Assembly (NCBI GenBank): GCA_973895155.1
Contig: OZ316898.1
Coordinates: 19,665,292-19,729,291 of the forward strand
Length of the DNA stretch: 64,000 nucleotides
Reading direction: 5' to 3'
Source: Marsupella aquatica
Lineage: Eukaryota; Plantae; Marchantiophyta
Of this stretch, positions 23,360 to 35,200 are shown piece by piece. The position numbers and the translations under genes are program-made. The notes under the pieces were generated by a model that saw nothing but the letters and a program-made list of their open reading frames with translations, was not told the origin of the DNA and made no database searches. Position 1 is the stretch's first letter. Each line of letters starts with the position of its first letter.

Positions 23360-24212
23360 CATCCCCTGGGGATTGGGCGTTGACCAAACCTAGTCAAGAA
23401 AGTCAAGATATCTAAAAAGTCAAGTCCAACCCACTCACTCGAACACGGGTCTCGGTAACTGCACATCAAAATATGACATATGCGATGTAGGACACCCCTG
23501 CATACCATGATAATCCTAGTTTTTCCTTTCAATCAATGAATGCGGCCACATTTTGATGTGTGATTACCAGGAGGGCTCGAACACTGTTTAGACTTCTGGA
23601 TTTGAGCTACAAGGATTACGGGACGTGTATATGGAAGAGATTGTACAGTATTTGACTCCTTATTGTCTTCCTTTGGGTTCTCAATATCTCTGTTTACGGT
23701 CAGATGTTGATACCTATAGTTTAGGGAAATTGAAATTATACAACTACCCTGACGAAGACGGAAATTGAGATCATACAATTACCCGGACGAAGTTGATACC
23801 TGTTGTTTAGGGAAATTGAGATTGTACAGCATTTGACTCAGATTATATTGTATTTGACTCTTTGTTGGGTTTGTTGTTGGGTTTTCAAGATCTCAATGTA
23901 TGGTCTTTGTTATTGGATTTTCAAGATCTCTATCTATGGTCAAATGTTGGGTTTTCCAAATCTGAATCTATCGTCGGATGTTGATAACTGTTGTTTCAGG
24001 AAATTACCCCTACTATGTTGATACCTGTTGTTTAGTGAAATTACTGTTCCCGGTTACTGTTTGGAGAAATTACCCTATTGGATACCTGTTGTTTAAGGAA
24101 ATTACCCGGACTCTTTTGATATCTGTTGTTCAGAGAAATCACCTTGTGATACATGTCGCCATTTAAAAAAGTACTTGTCTCAAAGCAAAACCCACTTTGG
24201 TGGGAGATGCTC
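23351..24212. mobile_element. PIF/Harbinger-like non-autonomous element with internal degenerate tandem repeats
   Basis: Ends GAGCATCTCC and GGAGATGCTC, with flanks TGA and TTA. Internal GTTGATACCTGTTGTTTAG.GAAATTACCC-type units at about 23700-24150. Confidence 0.6.
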
Positions 24213-24270
24213 TTAGGCCTGCTAAATACCGAGCCATGTCCTCCAGTACGTGTTATTCTCCTAGAAAACA

Positions 24271-24359
24271 TCAATTTGTGGAGTTCTCAATTCAGTGCTG
24301 TACTCAAGTCAAGTATCAATTTGTGGAGTTCTCAATTCAGCGCTGTACTCAAGTCAAGT
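24271..24359. repeat. 45-bp tandem duplication
   Basis: TCAATTTGTGGAGTTCTCAATTCAGYGCTGTACTCAAGTCAAGT x2. Confidence 0.9.
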
Positions 24360-26477
24360 CTTTCGTACACAACGTGGACTGTTGAGTTGCCCCATAGAAA
24401 TGCACAGTGGCGGCCATCTACACTTAGTTGGCCAGATACGAGATGCCATTGCCGTCACAAACCGCCCTGCCAGCATCGTGTTTGGAAGCATGCCGCAAGC
24501 TCCAAAGGTGAGATTTACTCGATTTGGAACGGGTGCAAGCATGCAGAAGGAGAGGAACGAAACTCAATGCCATTTGTTTCTTCATTCACTCTTGTTTCTA
24601 GCTCTCTTTAAAAAGTGCGTTCCTGCTTGTATTGCGGGTCATGTGCCCCGTTCAACTTTGAGGAGATCAGTTGGGCCAAATTGGGCTACTGGATGTGCCC
24701 AAATCGTCCCAACAGTGTCTTTGGTATATTTATACAAACAGATTCTACGTTAGAACAGATATAAGAGTGATTGTAAGCACGTATATGCTTGCTCCATTCA
24801 GCATACTTGCAGATACTGGTGTCATGCACTTGAGATTCTGCAACCTTAAGTTTCAAGAACGCCAGAAGTCGAGTCCCCACTTAAATTCAGCGTGCACTTG
24901 AGACTCTGCAAGCTAACACTTCGGAAAATCCAGAAGGTGAGGTCCTGTAGCCAGGAAACCTGAGCAGGTTACAATAAAGCGATTACTGACGGTAGTTTTC
25001 TCAAGCTATCGAGACCAAAATCGTAGCCCAAAATTGTCCAACCAATCGCCGACTGCCAAACTTTATCGCCTGAGCGAAACCGGCAATTGGTTGGACGTTA
25101 GGCAAGGATTAGAGGAGGTGGATGCGCTACTCTATTATAAGCAGATCAAGATCTGCAAAATGACCTCCAGTCCTCCACCGGGGTTATTGTTGGGATCCAC
25201 GACGACGATGCGGTAACTAACCCGTGTCTAGATCTTGCAAGTACCTTACTGTATAGTGTTATGTCAAACTGATGTATACTTTACTGTAGTCTGTCTTCCA
25301 TTCGCGCCACACTGCCGATTCAAACTTCCGTTCAATTCTCAGAAACTCAAAAATCCGTTGCTGCTTCCTGCCTCCTTGCATGGGCTTGATGTCTCTATGG
25401 GCCCTTGTTGCCGTCGCTGGGGCGTGGATGAGTATAGTCGTAGGAGCCACGGATGCACATCTCTTTGGTGTTTTCTAAAGCGTCTCACGGACATGAGAGC
25501 TTCAGGTCCGCCACGTCGTTGGGTTCTTTGCTTCAGGTTGTTTATTTCTCTGCTCTCTGCTGTGCCCAGCACGAGGCCCAGCATTGGTGGTGTGTGACAT
25601 TTGACGGTAGTCACTGCACAATATGCACACTATGGCCCATTTAGGTCCCCGTGGACTAGAAATTCTTCCACTCATTTTCTCTCTCCATCTCAGTTTCGAC
25701 AAATGTTGAGTACAAAATTGAAATAGAAGTCTGCTTAGTGACACTTGGAGAAGGGATCGGCTGAGAAATGAGTTCACGAGAAAGGCAGTGAAGCCAAGGA
25801 TCTGTTCCATACTTGACTTCCTGTAGCTAATTTGCTGCCATCGTCTCTGTCATTATTGCTATAGGCTTTGGAGAGTCTCAGCTTATCTTCGGATCCTTCC
25901 TTATCTTCGAATCCGTGTGCCTATCTGCGTAATCCGAATTTTATTAGTGTCTCCGCTATTTCGACGTGGGACCTTAACTTTCATGCCCTGGCAGAATGCG
26001 AGTCCAATCATGAAATTAACAATGAAATCCGTCGTCAATACAACAGAACGCGAAATGCAGAGAACGGGTAACCTTCGATGCTGATCAAACGAACAGCCTG
26101 CGGGAGATTGGAGCTGCATCGACTGAAGTGGCTAAGTGAATTGGAGCTAAAATAAGTTGGCCTCAATCGCCTGATCTGATGTGGAGGAATTGATTGAAGC
26201 CAATTGGAATCTTATAGACCTACTTAAGAGGAACCATGTCTGATTTTACATTCATAAGCAATACTGTACGTTCAAATCATTTCTAATTTCATACAATCAT
26301 AAAGAAGCCAAATAAATTTTCTTGTTCAAATATCTCTTCTATTGGACCTGACATTGTTTTATGGTGCATCCAACTTTATTAAAATTGAAAAGGACCCAAT
26401 AATTCGCCTGAAGGCACTGCTCATCTATGTAGCTTTTGAGTTGAGGACCAATTACAGGCATTCGATCGAGGAACATC

Positions 26478-27554
26478 ATGGCTAGAATGATGGGTCATGC
26501 ATTTGTACTTCTCTCCATGATTTTGGCATCGCTGCTGAAGTCAATGCAAGGGGACACGAATGCAGATGACGTCGAGGGCCTCCGTCTATTCTTCAGTAGT
26601 CTAAACTCGCCACCGTTGCTGATAGGATGGAATGATTCAGATGGAGACCCCTGCATGGACTCTTGGAAGGGAATCACCTGTGACGACGATGGAGGAAATG
26701 TCACAAAGATTGAGCTCTCAGGATTAATGTTGAACGCCACTCTCGGCTGGTCGTCGTCCTTGTCCAGGCTCCAGAATCTCAGAGTCCTTGACCTCAGCAA
26801 CAACCAACTGATAGGGGTCATCCCCTACAACCTGCCGACGAAAATTGAACTTCTGAATTTGCAAATGAACCATCTCCAGAAAAGCATTCCCTGGTCACTC
26901 GGCCAGTTGGTCAACTTAACAGAGCTGAGGTTGGCTCACAACAATCTGACGGGCCCCATTACTGACACCTTCGTGAGGCTGGGCTCACTCATCACGTTGG
27001 ATCTTGCTGAGAATGGTTTTACTGGAGGCATTCCGAGAACTTTGGGGAACCTCTCGCAGCTGAGTTTCCTGTACTTGCAAGGGAATGCAATTGACTCAGG
27101 ACTGGATGTTCTGACCAATCTGAGGTCGTTGCAGGCCGTGGATATTAGGGACAATTCCTTTCATGGTCAAGGGATACCTACCCAGCTCTGGACCGTTCCT
27201 AACTTCCAGTTTTCTGCCAATGAGTTTTTCAATAACGACTCATTCCCATCAAATCAGTTCAATTTGTCGCTCCTGAACTCGCCAGCACCTTCTCCGTTCC
27301 CGGGATCTGTTCAGCCGATAGCATCTCCTCCAGAAACTTCTACTGGTGGCCTTCAAGCTACTCCTCCCCATCTGATTAGTGGAACCGACTTAAGAGATCC
27401 AGAAAACTTTCCTTTCTGGTATCCTGAGAGAATTGCAGGCGTCTCGGTGGTATCAGTTTTGGCCATGGTGGCCGTAGTTCTGATTGTCTTGATCTGCAAT
27501 TGGAGGCGTAAGGATAAGGAGTACAACCGTGGAGATTCAGATATGTCCTGGTGA
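26478..27554 (+). CDS. STRUBBELIG-RECEPTOR FAMILY (LRR-V)-type receptor-like protein without kinase domain (358 aa, intronless)
   Basis: Signal peptide; SUB/LRRNT cap SLNSPPLLIGW...GDPCMDSWKGITC; about 6 LRRs including SRF-typical LDLSNNQLIGVIPYNLP; Pro/Ser-rich stalk; TM IAGVSVVSVLAMVAVVLIVLIC; RRK stop-transfer; stop after about 18 cytoplasmic residues. Confidence 0.88.
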   Translation: MARMMGHAFVLLSMILASLLKSMQGDTNADDVEGLRLFFSSLNSPPLLIGWNDSDGDPCMDSWKGITCDDDGGNVTKIELSGLMLNATLGWSSSLSRLQNLRVLDLSNNQLIGVIPYNLPTKIELLNLQMNHLQKSIPWSLGQLVNLTELRLAHNNLTGPITDTFVRLGSLITLDLAENGFTGGIPRTLGNLSQLSFLYLQGNAIDSGLDVLTNLRSLQAVDIRDNSFHGQGIPTQLWTVPNFQFSANEFFNNDSFPSNQFNLSLLNSPAPSPFPGSVQPIASPPETSTGGLQATPPHLISGTDLRDPENFPFWYPERIAGVSVVSVLAMVAVVLIVLICNWRRKDKEYNRGDSDMSW

Positions 27555-27970
27555 TTTACCTTGCGATTCGAAGGAACCGATGCCAAAGCAGGTGTGACTC
27601 GGATGCAAAGTAACTGTGAATATGGTGTCATAACAGAGAAGACTTCACCAAATGAAGACGCTTGAATAGATATTTTGAACACGTTAATAGCTGAACAAAA
27701 TTTTTGGTGAGAATTGAAGTTCTGAAAACAATAGTGCGGGCAATAGTGCCGTATGTTAATAGACTCGTTGTATGAAGTCCTCACTTTTTTCCAAGAAAAT
27801 TGGCATATTTGTTTTATCAGATATCGCGCCTTTGAATTTTGATATACGGATCGATTAACGCATGATTTTAGTAAGGATTGAGTTTAAAGACAAAACCGAA
27901 AGTTTTACTTTAAAATGAGTCCCTGGTGGACTTTTGCCGATCGTATAGCTTGTTGGGATTTTCAAAACAT

Positions 27971-28072
27971 GGACCAGCTAGGAATTGCATCTAGTATCGC
28001 CCGTGTACATCCTAGTGCTCTACCACTGAACCTAGGATCTTCCGTAGTGCACTACCACTGAGCTACCGGCCC
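27971..28072 (-). mobile_element. tRNA-derived SINE head / tRNA pseudogene with internal rearrangement
   Basis: Minus strand GGGCCGG-TAGCTCAGTGGTAG (A box)...ATCCTAGGTTCA (partial B box)...GTGGTAGAGCAC...ATTCCTAG-CTGGTCC. The ends can pair as an acceptor stem, but the D-arm motif is duplicated and no clean anticodon arm exists. Confidence 0.6.
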
Positions 28073-30211
28073 TATATGCCTGCATCTTCATGGGTTCAAG
28101 TGTGGTTCGTCTAATCTTCAAGTTGTGATCACTCAATGACAGTCAAGGGACTCAATTTCGAAACCAAGTAAAGCTTCGAGTGACATGAAAGAACGTACGC
28201 AGAAGCTTGTCGTTCCTGTCCGTAGATGAATGGTATCTTTGCATTGATATAGATCAGACACAAAACCATCGTGCTCACCTTCATTCACACAGTTGCAACC
28301 AAAGGAGATTCGATTCATTCAATTATGTCTTGCAATGCAAGTCAATGGCTTTCAATCGGCGATCCCTGGATGGGTTCTCGTCACCTACAATTACTTACGT
28401 TTCAGTAATTAATGTTGAGGACTTATTGCATCACATTTCAAAGGAATCTCGATCAAATAGATTCAAAAGTTCTACCAATTGACGAATGCTCATCTCAAAA
28501 CTCTGCTTAACGAATGACAACCGTTTATTCTTATTTCTTTCTTTCTCAGCATGAAGCTATTATCAAGTTCTCAGATGAGCTCCAAAGAAAGAATATATGA
28601 GTTCTGCAACACTCAAGATTGTGCGTCCTGTCCAAGTTCTGCTTCCCGCTTACACAGTCGTCCAGATTGTCTCGAGATGCATTCTTTTCCATCTTCCCCT
28701 CCTCCACCATCTTCCTAGGAGAACTGCAGACAATCATCAGGATACTGGATCATGTCCCGAGACAAGACTCACCCATTACGCGGTAGACTGATTTTCTGCA
28801 AGCCAATGCAGCAATACCTCGGCCTTGTCTCGAGAAATCCTTGGGCCACCTTCTTCACAAACCAGCACAACACAAGCTACCCCCAAGGGACTTAATTGAG
28901 TCTTAATTGACTCTTAATTGACTCTTTGGGGACTCCGTATACAGGGCCCTGTACGTAGGTAACATTTTCAGGCGAGAAAATCCCAACTTTTTTTCTTCCG
29001 CTCCTCCGCCATCCTTCTATAGATTGTTCTCTCGAGACTGACTAGGGTACTAAGATGGGTCTTGTTAGATAAGACTAGGCTATAATTGTTCACTTGGCTT
29101 CACAAACTTCTCTCAGCCTGGATGCTTCTTTTTTGTGAGGTATTGTATAATGTGAGCAAACAGGAATTTTGTTAGGGATGAGAGTGTTGTTAGCCAGACA
29201 TTTGTTAGGCAGACCCTAGACAATGGTTTTAAATATCTTTTGCTTTTTGCTGCCTTTTATATTTTTTTGTGTTTTTTATGACTCCAAATGACTAGCGAGT
29301 AACTAGCTAGCAAAACGAGTTATGTATGTTATCAACCAGGTTCTTGTTAGCAAGGCAGTTGGATATAGAAAAAATAGGGGTCATGTGAGGAAAAAAATTG
29401 CTCATGCGAGTAAAAAATTTGCTGTTTCCTAGCACGTCATAATGACCACTTTTTCGTAAGCCGGGTAGAAGCAATGCAACAAGCAAGGCAACAAGTAGGC
29501 CTTGTCTAATGAAACCCACAGCATTCTTTCCTAAGCACACTCAGGTGTCGCCAAAATGCATTAATATGGGAGGTCGATCAGCAGGTATGTCTCTTAGAAT
29601 AGCCAAAGCCTGCACATCAAAATATTACATATAGGGTGTATGACATCCATCCATACCATGATAAACCTCGTTATTTTCTTTAAATCAATGAGTGCACACC
29701 CTATATTTTCACATTTTGATGCAGGGGAACTTCAGCTGGGAGGAAAGCCGTTTGAGTACGAGGAGAGGAATTAGTAAGTAGATTGTAGAAAAATGCTTTG
29801 TGTGGGTCGACAGGTGAGGTACTGAGATCTGCTCACGGTATGATGATAACAACTCTGCTTTGGATCTACACCTCCAACCTCAAGACCATGCCCTACCCAT
29901 CAGCATTTCCAAATAGGGGGTCTCAAACCTCAAACTGAATGGACCTGAACCTGATAGTTAAGTTTTGGGAAAAAGGACAAAGCTATGCATTACCAAATTC
30001 CTCAACAAATTCATAATCCCTAATTTTTTGCCAGAAAGATTTGTCATATCCATGACCAGAAGTCACTCTAGAGGCTAATGAAAACTACCTAAAAATAAAC
30101 ATTTTGTGCCAACTTTTACATGACCCTGTCAAAATGCTATGGCCATTGTTTTGTTTATGGCCGAAAGCCATCATCCATAAGAGTGAAGATTTGGCTCGCG
30201 CTAATGTCACA

Positions 30212-30382
30212 GTGCTACAACTTCAGATATGGAGGTATGATAAGTCACATCTTCAGCTCACGTTTGATTCGTCATTGTCAAGAGCAAGATAAAGTGTGCT
30301 GCCACAACTTCAGGTATGGAGGTAACTATGATAAGTCACATCTTCAGCTCACGTTTGATTGGTCATAATTGTCAAGAGCAAG
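30212..30382. repeat. ~85-90 bp tandem duplication
   Basis: ACAACTTCAGRTATGGAGGTA...TGATAAGTCACATCTTCAGCTCACGTTTGATT.GTCAT...TGTCAAGAGCAAG x2. Confidence 0.85.
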
Positions 30383-32264
30383 TCAGATCAAATGTGCTTC
30401 TACTGTAGGGCTCTTTCAACTTTATTATTTTGCTCTGCTCCAATATATCTCCTTATATGTCGTAGTGCCAAGCCAGGACCAAAGAGTGTCATACTTTAAT
30501 CTGCTTATGTTTCATACTCACAGTGGGAGCCTATGGACCCACCATACCTTAATTTGCTTGGGAATGATGGTATTGGGTGTGGAAACAGTAATCAACATGC
30601 CAAAAGAATGTCAATGGTTCAGCTGGTTGCCACTAAGGTGGTTCCAAAGTAGACAGTGGGAGGGTATTATTATTCAACAATCCACACTTATCCTACATAA
30701 TTGAGTTGTTCTCTTTGAAGACTTATATAATTGGGACTGCCTCTCTAGGCCAAGAGAATGAGCAAGGGATGCTTGCACGAAAGTTTGTGTTAAATGTCAA
30801 ACCCCATAGAATAGATGTGCTCCTTTTGTCAAACCTATTGTAACTTTTGGTAGAAGGCACATTCAGAATGAACACCTACAAGTTGAGGTATACGAGCCAT
30901 TGAGGTGGTGACTGACAAATTTGAGCTGACCTGCTTCTTGACTCCACTCTAGGCCTGGGCCAGAAAAGAGAAAGATGGCTCACTGTCATTATAGGCTCAG
31001 ATGGCTTCAAGGGAAACCAGAACCATGTACTTAATTGTCCAACATTCAATTCTGCCACCATCACAACCATAGCTTGAGTTAGAGGCAAACTAAGCCCACC
31101 TAGCCACCTGACAGGCAAACAAAGCACTTAATTGCATACCAGCAGCCAAGCCAATTGAATGGCAAGCATAGGACCCTCAAGCCTTATGCATCAAAGTATG
31201 ATAGGTAGCCAGGGAAACATTAGGAGGAGGTTGGTTGACATTGGTTGACATCCTACTTGAGGTCCACCCCAAGCAGGGCCAACCGAGGCACATTCAGGTT
31301 GTTGGCAACCAAACAGGCTGTGGAGCTGCTTCAAACTCACAAGGCCATCAAGAAGCTACTTTTGTGGTGGTATCATAAACAATGCTTGCAATGGCCACTT
31401 TAAAGGCAGTATTAGTGTACTAGAGTATTTCGACTCGTGAACTAGGGATGCGCCGATTCGAGCAACAACATCGACTCCAGCACAGCCTTCAAACCAAATG
31501 GACTTGAGACATCCTACTTAGGCAGGTGGGTTGTTTTGCAACATGGATTCATTGGCTAAAGGCCTCTACCAAACAGGAAAAATGTCACCAACAAAAGATA
31601 ATAATGCTGGCACTATTACATAGTACTAGCCAAGTGCCTATGCAATGCTTGTAATGAGGATTGTCATTGCAAAAGTGTTTATTGCTGTTTCGAAAAAGTA
31701 GTTGTCGCAGAAATATGATCATTACAAAACCTTTTGTTCTTTCAAAAGTGTTGTTGCATCTGTCTTGTCAATGCCAAAGACAGTTGAGATTTGCCATGCG
31801 AAAAAGATAGTGGACACTTTTGGAACGATAACTCACTCAGATTTACAAATAAAACATTGTCAACGCGCAATGTTCACAAACATTCACACTTTTGAGCACA
31901 AACGTTTTAAAACAATAAAAATTACAGCATTCCTTGAATGCACTTTGGCAAAGTTATCTACCTGGACTGATTGTCTGAGCTGGGCCCACACAATGGTTTC
32001 ATCCAGTCCAGCCTTTCTGATTTGTGTCGCACAAGTTTCATTAGCATTGGCCAAATTTGAAGCGCAAATCTCGACCGGTGTACAGTGAGGCAACCTTTGT
32101 GGGGATAGGATCGTCATCAGCCATACTCACCCAGGGTATACAACACTTCTTTAACATAACTCGAACAGATACAAATACACTCCTTATAAATACGCTCTGG
32201 CTGGCGTGACATTTTCTTCGTTCTGAATTCTCATCAATCTATCTATGGCTCTAATCTCACACAT

Positions 32265-35200
32265 TTAGACGTTATCGCTGTTTATCTCGGAAAGCTTGTG
32301 AGAGTTTCTTTTCACGATGATAGAGAGTATTTGCACCGCTTCCCCAACGGAGACGAAGAACCACTCTGATCCGATCAGATTCACAAGACCGCCCTTCTCG
32401 AATTTCTCAATTACTGCGCTGCCCGGGTTGGCGACGGTGAGCTGTGCATTGACAGCAAACACTCAGTAACTCCCCTTTCTAAGATATTACAACAAATATA
32501 CGGCTGGCGAACTTAAATCCACATTCACAACGACATGTCACAAATGAAAGTCTGTCTCACCTGAATCTGTCTCCTCGTCAAAGCGCCGTTGAGCTCCTCA
32601 AACGCATGAATTGCCGTCGTGTCGACAGTTTGGACAGCTGAAACAACGAAACAACAGGATAAGTCCTCTTGCTAGCTATTTGACTCCTTCCTTTAGTCCA
32701 GTGATTGGCTGCTTTCATTGGTATATGTATTGTAAGTTCCACCAGAACGAACTTAATTCGAGGAAAGAGCGAAAACTACGACCGATACTCTCCACAATTG
32801 TAATCCCACTGAAAACTGGCAGATTCGGACAAGGGTTGGAAAGCTTTACGTGTTAGTTCCACTACGACAAACTGAATAGGAACTCCACCGGCCAGGACGA
32901 TCTTGTCCTGCTCGTCGTCCAGGTATCTTAGAATTCTGTCATCATGCATCCAAGCAGTCGTTAGTATCGGTAGCATAAGTAGGTCTATAGGCGAAACATA
33001 GAGAATCATCGAGCTCATTCGAAAACTACCTATGTGCCAGTGCATACGCAAGTAAGCCTGCGGATCAGAATCATCCCGATTCCATAAAGAGTTGAACTAC
33101 GAAAGGAAACAGACCCACCTTTCACGAATATAGTCGGAGTTCGCGAAGTAGATAGACGAATCAATACGAATGATGAGGATGCCAGGCTCCGAAACTGCAT
33201 CAGGATACTGTTCGGTGTTACGGTACACGTTTGTACCTTGGATGTTGCCAAGGATCGCTGTGTGTGGTCTTGTGACTTGGAGAAGGATTTTCCCGAAGGA
33301 GATGATAACCTGCACACCGACCCATGGAGGAGGAAGAATTTAACCACTTACTGTATGTCGCGATATTTTAGCTTGCACAGTGCATACCCACAACAAATTT
33401 CCACCTTCCGTGAGATGAGTTCCTCTTACTTTCTAGAATGTCGATCGAATGGAATTGAATGCGCACACCAAATTTAAACCTTCCTTGATGTAAACTACAT
33501 TAATTTTCCAATATATAGACGACAGGGGATCTCATAGTCTTGTTAGTTAAAAACTGAAGCAAGATTCGAAACTTGAAAATCAAAGGCTTTTTCTTCACAG
33601 TTTTGGAACAATTTGAGATTCTCACCAATAATCTTAATTTTCTTACCGATTCAGGGTATACAGCCTAGGATTATACTGATAGCTTATTCAAATGAGACAA
33701 ATTGATATTGTACGGGTACATCACTTCTGATATCTCTGTATTGGCATATTGCACCAACTATGATGAGTTCGGGAAATCAATTTCAATCCTTTGCAGACAG
33801 AAACCTCGCTCTAATATGGATGGAAAGAGGAGGTGGTGATCAACGTCAGATGTATGCATGGTTCAGGTACATACAGCGATAAGAAGACCGTATTCGACGG
33901 AGATGAAGAGCACACCTAAAAAAGCTCCGAGCATAGCCACGAAGTCAAACTTGTCAGTCTTCCAAATAAGGATTGCCGCCCGGACGTCAATTAGATTCAG
34001 GACCGCGGCTATGATGATGGAAGAGAGAATGGCATTTGGAGTATATTTGAACAACGGCGTTGCGAACAGTAAAGTAAACAGAACCACTATGGCCATAATA
34101 ATATTCGACAAGGCCGTGTTACAGCCAGACTGATAATTCACAGCTGACCTCGAGAAAGATCCTGCAGTCACATAGAACAATTAAAAATTAGTGCCGATCC
34201 TCCAGTTCACTTCCATGTCTGTTCTATTCGTCTTGCTAGCGCTGCATTTAACCCTGAAGATTCCTTCACAAAATATATCTCATAATTCCTGAGAGGTAGC
34301 ATAGCTTATCAGTGCATCAGGTGTGGGTACCACATTTCTCTTTGTGAAGAGCACCGTGAAAGCTCAGTAAACACCGCCAGGCAACACAGGTTACTCATCC
34401 TGTGGAGTTTTGAACTGCAAGTTTCCTAAATATTGTCCCAGCCTATAGTTATTATTCTTTTGTATCTACTGAGGTCCAACTCACTACGAAAACCAGGTGC
34501 TTCGCCTTACTCGTGCAGCAACTGTGAACTACTGAACAGCTTGCACCAGATGAATGCACAAAACCTTGTTCCTGTACCTTACACCTAATGTATTTATAAA
34601 TTACTCTTTCCATGTCTATCTTACACCATCTACATAAAAAGAACACTACTCTCATATCCATCTTACACCTTATGTATGTAAAAGACAGTGTTCCCACATC
34701 CATATTTCGCCTGGTAGCGTGCAAGACACTGTTCCAATCCATGACAGATTCTGCTTCCCCACTGAAAGTGAGAGAGTACGCTACGTCTTAGACACTTTCA
34801 CCATTTCCTGGTCGAATCTAACCCCATGGACACGTGATGGAATTCGGACGGCCATGGTGACATCCAAACGCAACCTCCTTGAAAGCATACCTGTTGCCAC
34901 AAAGCACGACGTGGTAGAGCCAGCCATGTTCATGACCCCGATGGAAAGCATTTCCTTATTTCCGTCAATGTGGTAATCTTTCAAAGCTGCAAATGTCCTT
35001 CCAATAGCAACGGCTTCCTGCAGTCACCGCGTCATTGGGAAAAATAAGATACACCATAGACCCCAGTTCACCACTAGATACAACCTTCCACCGTTCGAAG
35101 GTGCATGATAGTGAAATTGAAAGACTCGGTCAATTACCGTGAGAGCAACAAGGCCTGCCACAATGCCGATGGTGAATCCTTTTCCAAGGTATTTTCCGGT

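Noticed and set aside
27971-28072. Functional tRNA gene
   Set aside because: The D-arm segment is duplicated, the T-loop is corrupted and no anticodon arm can be defined. Treated as a SINE or pseudogene.
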